64,000 bases of DNA from a virus. Location: positions 3,733 through 67,732 of the IMG/VR virus record IMGVR_UViG_3300037119_003505; one strand, written 5' to 3'. Both the position numbers and the translations under genes were made by a program. Positions 9,670-19,300 of the stretch are shown here, piece after piece; within the stretch, counting starts at the first letter, position 1; each line of letters begins with the position of its first letter. The notes below the pieces were generated by a model. The model saw only the letters and a program-made list of their open reading frames with translations. It did no database searches and had not been told where the DNA came from.

Positions 9670-10403
9670 GCACCGGCCCGTGGGGGCGCACAGTGGCGGC
9701 GAAGATTCAGGAACTCGGCCACGAGTGCGAGTCGTGCAGTGCGCGCGGTGATGACTATAAGATGCTGATTCTGCGCAATGAAATCGTGTTTGTAGCCGCG
9801 CACCCTGATGTCAATGTGGCGATTGCGGAGTTTGCGATACAGAAGGGCAAGCCCGTAATTGTGGAGAAGCCGGTCGCGTTCTCCGCCACGGCTGTCAAGG
9901 CGCTGCTGACTGCGTCCATCAAGGCCAAGGTGCCGTTCATTGTGGACTACATCCATCTGTTCGACAAAGACCTCTTGAAGATTCGGGACGGCACTCCGCA
10001 CAGCATGTCGGTCGCGATGGGTGGCGACACGGTGCGGGATTACTCGTCGCTCCACGATTACGGCAGTCACGCCTTCGCGGTCGCGCTGGAGTGTTTCAAG
10101 ACCCCCGTGACGGCCATTGAGGTGCTGCACCCTGGCGAGGCGTACCGGCTACGGTTCGGTTCCGGAATGGCGGAAGTGTTTGTCGGGAACAACTGGCCTG
10201 AGAAAGTTGTGAAGGTTAGGGCCATCGGGCAGGACTGGGATTTGCTGTGGCAGGACAGCCGCCAGAACGATCCGCTCGCCGCGCTGCTGAACAAGGTCGT
10301 GGAACTGCATGAACATGGGCGCTACTGGAGCAATGGGAATCTGGCCTTTCTGGTCACGGCGCTGCTTGAGAGGCTGCACAACGAATCGCCCGTCTTGAAA
10401 TGA
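9648..10403 (+). CDS. Gfo/Idh/MocA-family oxidoreductase
   Basis: VIGTGPWG Rossmann motif, VEKPV, DYGSH. Confidence 0.82.
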   Translation: MANFCVIGTGPWGRTVAAKIQELGHECESCSARGDDYKMLILRNEIVFVAAHPDVNVAIAEFAIQKGKPVIVEKPVAFSATAVKALLTASIKAKVPFIVDYIHLFDKDLLKIRDGTPHSMSVAMGGDTVRDYSSLHDYGSHAFAVALECFKTPVTAIEVLHPGEAYRLRFGSGMAEVFVGNNWPEKVVKVRAIGQDWDLLWQDSRQNDPLAALLNKVVELHEHGRYWSNGNLAFLVTALLERLHNESPVLK

Positions 10404-11392
10404 AGGTGGCATTTTTCCTCTCATCCACAGGCGGCAGCCCCCTACAGGTCGGCCTTGATCGCGGCCTTGTGTCGCTCGGCCATCAGGTCGAGCCGTGGCG
10501 AAGTGACGGCGGCTACGATCTCATCGTCGCGTTCAGCCAGTCCGCGCACTGCCCTTACGTGTATCCCGAACCGCCGTCGTGCCAGACACCGCTCGTGTTC
10601 GTGGACAGCAGCGAGTATGGCTGGAATACTCGCTTCACTACGGAACAGCGCCGCTCGTTCTGTAACTTCTTCGCCGCCGCCTCGCTGAAGCACGACACAA
10701 AGGTTGAGGTCGAGACGTTGCGCCTGAAACGCTACCTCGAAGGCCGCAGCTTCCCGTACTTCCTGCGCGAGTTTTATTCTGACCTGACCTTTCCGTCCTG
10801 CTACCACCCCATCGACTACCCGCTCTACGCCCACAGCCTGTGTCCGGCACGTCCGAGCTTGGACGACTACGTTCGGCGGCAAGAAGACCTGTTCCTCAGT
10901 TGGGGCATCAGCCACCCGTGGCGGCGCAACCTGACCGATCTGCTGCGGGCCGCTCCGGTGCGCTCTACAGTGCTGGCCCTTGAGGAGAACGGCACACCCA
11001 GGATGCCGCAGGCTGAGATGTTCGCCCGCACCCACTCGGCCCGTTGTAGCGCCAGCTTCGACGGCTACGGCAGCAGCAGCTTCCGACTCACTGAGGTGAT
11101 CGTACGGACGCTGTTGCTCAAGGGGCCGCTCTGCATCAAACTGCGTGAAGACCTGACCGATGGGCTGAACTGCGTCGAGTATCAGGTGACGGGCGACGGC
11201 GACACCTTTGTGAGCAGCAACATCGTGGAGCGGATGCTGTGGGCACTGGAAGATCCGGAGCGTGGCTTCCGTATCTACGAGGCTGGCTACCACCACTGCA
11301 TGTCTCGCTGGACGGAGACAGCGACCGCGCAGTACTTGCTCGATACGGTGGCGCGGCACGACTACTCGCAACCGACGCAGCTTGATCTATGA
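10400..11392 (+). CDS. GT-B fold glycosyltransferase-like protein
   Basis: C-terminal FDGYGSSSFRLTE...DGLNCVEY...ERGFRIYEAG resembles the Glyco_trans_1_2-type C-terminal domain; cluster context. Confidence 0.6.
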   Translation: MKVAFFLSSTGGSPLQVGLDRGLVSLGHQVEPWRSDGGYDLIVAFSQSAHCPYVYPEPPSCQTPLVFVDSSEYGWNTRFTTEQRRSFCNFFAAASLKHDTKVEVETLRLKRYLEGRSFPYFLREFYSDLTFPSCYHPIDYPLYAHSLCPARPSLDDYVRRQEDLFLSWGISHPWRRNLTDLLRAAPVRSTVLALEENGTPRMPQAEMFARTHSARCSASFDGYGSSSFRLTEVIVRTLLLKGPLCIKLREDLTDGLNCVEYQVTGDGDTFVSSNIVERMLWALEDPERGFRIYEAGYHHCMSRWTETATAQYLLDTVARHDYSQPTQLDL

Positions 11393-11602
11393 GCAATGAC
11401 TCAGGCGCAACTAACACTACCACCAAGAGCCATCGTGTTTACGGATGGTTTAAGTTCCGAGTCGGACGTAAGATTCAGGGCCGGACGCATTGCATGTCTT
11501 GCGAGAAGGTACAAGCCATTGGCGGGACTTCAAGATGACAGCTACTATTCCAGTCCTGCGTTTATCAAAGGATATTACTGGCAGAGAAATTATTGCCCTC
11601 TT

Positions 11603-12694
11603 ATGACCAAGCCCAAACGCACCCACGCCGTCACCGATGCTGTCCGCGCCGGACTCGCCAAGGCCCGCGCTGCCAGAGCAGCTAAGGCTGATCCTGTCTT
11701 GAAAAAGGCGCTCAAGGAACTGGCGAACCAGCGTCCGATGAAAACAGATGAACGCAAGTCTCTTGATGAGTTTTGTAGGTCTGAGTTTCGGGCGCTGACC
11801 GAACTGAGTCTCGACGAAGTGATGGGCCAAGCCATGCAACAGCATCCCGAGATGCAGGACTACGTGACATGCTGGCAGGTGGCGCAACTCGGCATCGCGC
11901 TGCCGCCGTGCAGCATGGACGAGGCGGATGCGGCGCTGAAGCGGGCGCAGATGCGGCATCGTGTCACCGTGACGGGCGAGCAGACGTTCGTCCACAGCGC
12001 GGACCTTGGCGACATTATTGCGGCGCTGCCGGTCATTCGTGCAATGGGTGGAGGTAAACTCATCATCACCGAACTTCCGCAGGGTCCGTTCCACGGGCGC
12101 GAAAGCCTCAGGGGTGCCCGATTTGACTCACTGAAGCCGTTGCTAGAACTGCAACCTTACATCACCTCTGTTGAGTGGGGTGAATCGCCGTTCGGAGTGA
12201 TCGATTTTCGCGGTTTCAGGCACGGCCTGCCCGGTGGTGAGAACCTGACGGTATCGCAGGCCCGCCACGTTGGCTGCGAGGACTTCAGCTTTTCCAAGTG
12301 GCTCGACGTTCCTGATCCGATTCCCGGCCCTGCGGTGTTCGCCCGTTCGCCTCGCTATTGGCAGCCTCGCATGAACTGGAGCATCATGTACGCTAAGCAT
12401 CCGGACGCGGTGTTCGTTGGAACAGAAAACGAACATGCCGAGTTTCAGAAAGCCACCAACATCACGTTGCCGCACCGAAAGACCAAGGATTTGCTGGAAC
12501 TGGCGCGAGTGATCGCAGGTTGTGAGCGGTTGTTCTGCAACCAGTCTTGTCCGCTCTGGATCGGGTTCGGCTTGGAGCATCCGCTGGTGCTGGAGGTGTC
12601 AATGGAGAACTCAATTCAGAACTCCATCATCGACAATCCGAAGTTCTTCTACATCGGCAACCAAACGCAGGCCGGGCGCGGAAACTGGCGCTAG
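11603..12694 (+). CDS. GT9 (heptosyltransferase)-like glycosyltransferase with basic N-terminal extension
   Basis: HSADLGDIIAALP and DLLELARVIAGCERLFCNQSCP motifs; start taken at MTKPKR (11603), ORF is open from 11396. Confidence 0.65.
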   Translation: MTKPKRTHAVTDAVRAGLAKARAARAAKADPVLKKALKELANQRPMKTDERKSLDEFCRSEFRALTELSLDEVMGQAMQQHPEMQDYVTCWQVAQLGIALPPCSMDEADAALKRAQMRHRVTVTGEQTFVHSADLGDIIAALPVIRAMGGGKLIITELPQGPFHGRESLRGARFDSLKPLLELQPYITSVEWGESPFGVIDFRGFRHGLPGGENLTVSQARHVGCEDFSFSKWLDVPDPIPGPAVFARSPRYWQPRMNWSIMYAKHPDAVFVGTENEHAEFQKATNITLPHRKTKDLLELARVIAGCERLFCNQSCPLWIGFGLEHPLVLEVSMENSIQNSIIDNPKFFYIGNQTQAGRGNWR

Positions 12695-13305
12695 TTCCGC
12701 TTCCAGCAAAATGACGGTGGTGGCGGAAGCTCTGATTCGTTCGGCACGATTGCTTCCAGCGGCGCGAAGACGAGGACCGACAACTGGCACCCACAATGCC
12801 CGCACGACTTCAGGCTCGCGCCGTGAACTGTGGTCTTGTTTCCGATGAAGCTGAAGATCCTCGCCGCCAGATCGGTGCAGCCGCCGCAACCTGGGAGGTA
12901 CGACGATTGATTCAGTGGACACGTCACGCAGATGGCTGCGCGGCGATCCGCCTCCGCTTGATCGACACAGGTTCCGTTGCTCCACCAGTCACGAATCTTG
13001 GAAAAGAATGTCTTCAGGTCGTCCCAAGTGATGAGTCGCTGCTGTTTCAAGAACTCAGGCGTGTCGGTGCCGATACGACGACAGGCTTCGGCGCGAAGGC
13101 TTGGCGACAGGGCACGGCAGCACGCATCGCTGAAGACTGCGAGTTCGTTGTCGAACTTCAACCCAAGTTGTTTGCAACGTGCGTCGAACAATTCTTTAAC
13201 CTGCTCTGCCGATCCAGCCCGCACCACTTCATCGGTGCCGGGTATCACGGCAGCGTCCCTCGGTGCTCCGTTGCGGCTCCACCAGTATTCGACGTTATCG
13301 GCCAC
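12691..13305 (-). CDS. Cys-rich putative Zn-binding hypothetical protein
   Basis: RRAAICVTCP, CGGC, CGHCGC; last gene of the virion operon. Confidence 0.65.
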   Translation of the reverse strand: MADNVEYWWSRNGAPRDAAVIPGTDEVVRAGSAEQVKELFDARCKQLGLKFDNELAVFSDACCRALSPSLRAEACRRIGTDTPEFLKQQRLITWDDLKTFFSKIRDWWSNGTCVDQAEADRRAAICVTCPLNQSSYLPGCGGCTDLAARIFSFIGNKTTVHGASLKSCGHCGCQLSVLVFAPLEAIVPNESELPPPPSFCWKRN

Positions 13306-16300
13306 GGCGACTCCGTTTCTCGTCCAGTGTGTTGCGCAGTCCTGGGATGCCAGACTTCAGGTACTCGGTCAGCGTCTCAGTCTGCCGCTTCACGGGTTCG
13401 CTGTTTTCATCCTTGTCTATCTGTTTCGCGATCCATTGCAGCAGCGCCGGTTCGATGCGGCTGCGCGCCAGTTCACCCCAGTACTTGTGCCGGTCGTTCG
13501 GACTCATGGCGGTGCTGATGTTGGTCATCTCTTTGATGAACGGAATCTGGTCGGCCAGTCCGACTGCGGATGCGTAGATGCCTGCGCCCATTCCCTGCGT
13601 TTCGGAATCCGCCTTACGCGCTTTGGATTCCGCGACCTTCCGCACGGTCGCGCCGACTTGCAGCATCTCGATGGCGGGGTTGTGCAGCAACGTGTGCGAA
13701 ACTGTGGAGTCACCAGCCTTCACGTCGCCGGCCTTCAAGTCGTCATCCTGTTTCTTGCCGCGCTGGTAGTAGCCGCCGATGAACTGTGGCAGTAAGTATC
13801 CGGCAAGCAGCAGCGCGCTGCCGACAGAGCCTTTTTTGAGTTGCCGCATGATGGTGTCGGCTTCCTCTGGTTTCAGGTTGCTGATGCCTTCCTTAAAGGC
13901 GCGTCGAACCTTGAATCCGCCAACCAGATGTCCGGCGATGTAGTCAAACGCCTCCGCGACGATGTTGGTCGGAATCTTGACGATGGGGAACGTCGTCTTG
14001 AGGGCTGTTTGCAGCAGCTTCATTCCACGATTCACTTTGCCTGTGATCTTGTCTGGTTCACCCAGCGACCGCACGAACCGCTGGTAGCGTGACACTAGCG
14101 CGTTGTCGTGCATGAAGATCGCTCGCTGCGCGTCCTTGTAGGAGTCCACTTGCAACTTGGTCAGCACATTCGGGTCCGTCACATCCACACCATGATTCGC
14201 CGCAAACTCGATCCGCATCTGGAGGGCGCGTTCGTACTCGCCGCGCTTCGTTGTGCTCTTGAGTGCGCCGTGGATGCGTCCCGGAATCTCCCACCAGTCA
14301 TGATCCTCGATGCGGCGCTTTCCTGACAACACCTCGAATTCGCTCTCGCCTTTCGTCAGCAAGTCCCAAGCATCCTTACCGCCTTTCGTGATGCCTTTCG
14401 TGATGGCGGCGATCTGTGCGGAAGTGTTGAATCCGCTGTGGCGCGGTGACGCTGCCGCAATGGCGTCCAATCCCGGAATCTTCGACAGTCCAGCGCCAAC
14501 CAAATCTTCAATCGGCGTGAAGACTGCGCGCCAAGCTGCCGCTGCCGTGAGTTTCGCGAGCGTGACGGGCGAAGTGAGGAGGTTGAACCGGCTGGCTTTC
14601 GGGATGATGTCCAGAAGCTTCTCCCATCCGGTTCGGTTCGCTTGCTGTGCCTTGTGGTTGGCGCGGTCAAACTCCAGCTTCGCGGCTTCGATCTTAGCCT
14701 TCGTGGCGTTGGCCGCTGCGTCCAGCGTGACGGTCTTGCGCGGCTTCTTGCTGAAGTCACTGCGTGCCGTCCTGTCCAGCAGATCGGCCAGTCGTTTCTC
14801 GGCGCGCGACTTCCAAATCTTCAAAGCCACTTGATCTGGTGTCAGCTTCGGCTTCGCGGCCTTGCGCATGTCGGCCAACTGCTTGTTCAGTTCGGCCAGC
14901 TTCGCGCGTTTCTCTGCGTTCTCTGGTGTGTCGGTGCGCTTGGCACTCACCTTCGCCGACAAGTCGCCTGCCGCGATCTTTTTCTCCAGTGCATCAATGC
15001 GCTGATCAAGTGCGTCGCTTTCGATGCCGGGCTTCCGAATGGCTGCTTTCTGTTTAAGCAACGCATCACGCCGCGACTTCAGTGCCGACACCTCGGCAGT
15101 ATCAGCCGTTGGTGTGCCGGGTGATGGTTCCAACTCGCCGGTGGCGATCTGTTGCTCCAGTGCCGCGATGCTCTTTTTCAGCGCGTCCTCTTTCGCGCCT
15201 TCAATCGCAGCGGTGTCGATGCCGAGCATGTCGGTGTATTCCTTACGCTTAGCCCGCACGTCCCTGCGCAACTGAGCAGTCTCGGCGTCGTCCTCCAGTG
15301 TCCGCTTGTTGGACGGAATCCGCTGCTTGGTTTCAAGTGCGCGTTGCAGTTCCTCCAGCTCATTGCGCAGCCGTGACTTGATGGCGTCACGCGCGCTCTT
15401 GAGTTGGTTCTCGTCGGTCGCCTCAAGGCCGAGTTCCTTTTTCACACGGTTCACCTCTTTGATGAGAGTGCGCTCGTCAGCGGATGGCTCGCGACGCTCT
15501 ACACCGGTCTTGCTCGGCAGCTTTCCTTCCTTCAGCATGTCGTCGAGCTTCGACACTTGTTGCAACTGGCCTTTCAGATCGCGCAGCTTCACTGAGATCT
15601 CGTCCTTGCTCAGTTCGTGATAATCGCCGTATCCGCTAATCGCGTCCCGGATCTCGCGGTTCGTGGACTCTGGAAGGATTGGCTTCACGGCATCGTGCAC
15701 CGCAGTCACCAGCGCCTCGCGTTCGGTGATGCCTTGCGCGACGAACAGCTTGGCAAGTTTCTGGATGTAGCCGCCGATGGCTTCTGGCGTGTCAGCTTTG
15801 CGCTTCAGTGAGTCGAGAACGTCCTGCTTCTTTTCCTCAACGGTCTGATCCTTTTTTGCGGTGCGCTTGACCTTTGGGCGATCTGGTTTCGGCACGTTGG
15901 CGTCCACGGTGTCGTCGAGGAACTTCTTCGACTTCTCAAATGCCTCGTCCAAGTGCGGTTTGATGAAGTCGCCCAAGTCTTCCAGCATCGCGGCGCTCCA
16001 CTTCACGAAGTTTTCCCCGACAGTCAGGAGCTTATCCGCGCCGATGATCGACACGTCGTACAGGACTGTCGGATCAATTCCAGCCGATGCTTTGCCGAGT
16101 CGTTCACGAATGCGTTCACGCGCCTTCTCGGCTTCACTGTGCAGCCCTTTCTTGATTCGCTGATAGATGGACTGCGCCATCGGATCGGTCCTTTCCTGTT
16201 CGGCCTTCATCCTCTTGATCGCCTCGTCAATCGCCTCGTTCTTCACACGCTCCAGTTCGACTTCGCGGTTCCTCAAGTCCTGTTCGTGCTGCTGCTCCAA

Positions 16301-19300
16301 CTTCACGATCCGTTCGTTCAGCTTCGTGACGTAATCGGTTTCCGCTTGTGTCAGTGGTTCACCACCGAGCGCGGCGCGGCGCTTGTTCAGCATATCGACC
16401 AGTGTGTAGTCCTCGCGCGCCAGCTGTTGGCGGAACACACCCAAACGTCCCCACTCCGTTCCTGCCGCCTTGGTAGCGTTGTCGATGTCGTTCATCCGAT
16501 CCAACAGGACGGCGCTTTCGAGTTGCGCGGATGCCTTTGCTTGTGGCGACGATTCGGGATCGTTCACCACGTCCATCTCGCGGTAGAAGGCGTTCTGAAC
16601 GTCGATCTTGTGCCGCAGCATGATGGCTTCCTCGGTGGCCGTCACGGTGCGTGGCTTGCCGTTGATCTCCGCGACCAGTTTTTCGCCGGCCATCGGGTTG
16701 CGCTCCAGTTCCATCATGGCGGCGTCCCACACTTCAGGATGCGATTGCCGTAGCGCCGTCATCATGGGCGGCAGCCCGCGCGCGACACGTTCCTCGTCCA
16801 CAATCTCGTTCTTGGTGGCGGTGACGCGCGGTTCACGCACGCCCTTGAGCGGATTCACGACCGCGCCAGTTTCGCGACTGCTCAGCGGACGCAGCCTGCC
16901 TGGCGACGGTTCGTTGCTGTTGCTCGGCATCGGCCTGTCCTGCGGTGTGGCGGCGCTAGGTAGCAGATGCGACTCCAGCGCCTCCTTGGCGGCAGTCTCG
17001 TCCATCTGGTGTCCGGTGCTGCGGAAGTGCTCCAAAGCAGCCGCAATGGCCCGTGCGACGCTTCTGGTGGCCTTCAGGACGCCGATGGCGATGTCGATGC
17101 CGGTGTTCCAGATGGCGCGGAAGCTGGCGGGATCGAGGCCGGGGAAGATACTGATTTGCAGCGTGTCGGTCGGCTTCTTCTTCGCGGCTTGGAGGCGCGC
17201 GATGGCGGCGTCGATTGCGCCGGGTTTGTCGAAGATGTCAGCCTGTGGGTCTGGCGGCGCGAACATGTCCACCTCGGGGCGGATGTCGTCCTTTGCCAGC
17301 AAGCGTCTGCTCTGCGCGAGACGGAAGTCTTGTTCCTTTTGGAGTTCCGCTTTGGCTGCTTCGTCCGCGACTCGCTCGGCTTCTAGTTGCTCTGGTGTTT
17401 TCTTTGCGTCACCGATTGACATTTCTGGAGTGCCCCACTTCTCCAGTCGCACTGCGAGTTCGTCGGCGTTCAGTTGCGTGAACTTGTCGCCGCGCTCCAC
17501 AGACTGCCTCAACCGATCCACCGATGTTGCAATGTTCCGGTTGTAGTCTGGCCCGTATTGCGTGTACGGCGCGGCGAGTGCCAAAAGTTCCTGCGGTGTC
17601 TTTCCGGCGAACGCAGTGTCATCTTGCGTCTTGAATCCCCCTGCTTCCGCCTTTTGTGCTGCGGCGATCTTCCGTGCATCTTCCTGCTGGCGCTGCCACT
17701 CAGCCTTTGCGCGAGCATCGTTGGGAGACACACCATCCGGCCCGCGCTGCGTAACGCCTTCTTTGCCAGCGCGCAGTCCTTCGAGGAATTTCACCACATG
17801 GAACGTGCCGCCCGCAATCTCGCGCGTCTCGCCAGTGTACTCGGCCTTGTCGCCGTTGATGTAGGTCGTCGGCGCTACTTCGCCGCCTGTCGCCGCAACT
17901 TCAGACGCATCAGCCTGCCCTTGGGTGTCAGCCCGTTGTTCCGATGAAGCTGCTCCAGTCTCTCTAAGAGGAAGTTTCGCGGTTTCGACGGGCTTGGCGG
18001 CGTCATGGACGAGGATGTAGTCATTGGCCTTCTCGGGTGTGTCGAGGCTAGGCCATGCGTCCTCTGGGTCAAGCAGGAATTCCTCGCCCAAGGTGTCCGG
18101 TTCCATCGCCGCCACAGCCTCATCGTGCGCCTGTTGCTTCGCCATTTCGGATTTGCTCTTGTCCACCATGTTGCGCAGCTTCGGCAACAGTTCGGACTGC
18201 GCGATGGAGTCGTCGGCGTGAAGGGTGGCGGGGTCGCCGCCCAGCGCCTTCATGGCGTCCTCGATGGCGAGACGCCGATGCTGTTTCTGCGCGATCTCCG
18301 CTGCGGTGCCTTCCATGCCGAGTGAGTGCGGCAGGTAGAAGCCGAGTTCCGGATGCGCTGTCACCAGCTTCTTGAACTCGGTGGCGTCCTTTTTGATGCG
18401 CTTCCGATCCTCTGGCTTCATGCCCTCGAACTGTTGCTCGTTCAGCGCCCTCGTTCTTGCAGCCTTGGGCAGCATCACGTTGCCGAGCGGCACGCTCTGT
18501 GTCTCGCCGCCTTTGAAGCTGACGCTCTTGTCGAACTTCACCTGAACGCTGTCGCCCTGCACATCCAGCACGGTTGCCTTGTGGGCTTTGTTGCTGCCCT
18601 TCCGCAGCGTCACCTCTACGGATGCGCTGGGAATGATCTTGGATGGCTGCACGGCTTCCTGTGCCGGTGTCGGCGCTGCTACCGATTCGGTAGGTTTCGG
18701 TAAAGCGTCGGTAGCTGAAGCAGTCCCAGCCGCCTCCACCGGAGCCTCGGTTGCCTGCGCCTTTGTCGCGGCGATTGGTTCCGGTGTTCGCTCAGGCAGC
18801 GGCGCTTCGACCGGCGCTGGCGGCTGGGGTGAAGGAGTTTCGAGTGGCTTCGCTACTTTCGATTCTGGCACTGCTGAATCGGTTTTCGGCAGCGCTTGCA
18901 CGCTTTCTGTTTTGGCTTCATCGGGTTTCTTGGATTCGGGTTCAGCAGCCTTCTTCTCGGCCTTCTGTTTGATCTTCGTTTCGAGTCTCTTGATGGCAGC
19001 CGACACGGCAGTTATGATCTCCGCCTGCGCGGTTTCGGCGTGCGCGTCGCCGGTCTGTTCGTGCAGTTCCGCCCCGATGTCGTGCTGCTCTGCCGTCTGC
19101 ACGAAACCGTCGTCACGGGCCTGTTGCGCGGCTTCTTTGGACGCCTCAGCGGCTTGGTATGAGGCTTCCGCTGCCGCAATGTGGGGTTCGGCCTTCACGG
19201 CTTCGTCTCGGAACTCCGCATACATGTCGGCGTCATCCAGGAACGACTCTCGTTCCTTTGGCTTCATACCCTTTGTGAAAACATCGTCCACCCGTTGCGT

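Noticed and set aside
11396-11602. 69-codon in-frame extension of the GT9-like ORF, and an alternative 49-aa ORF from 11389
   Set aside because: AT-richer, atypical composition with no motif; cannot decide whether either is coding
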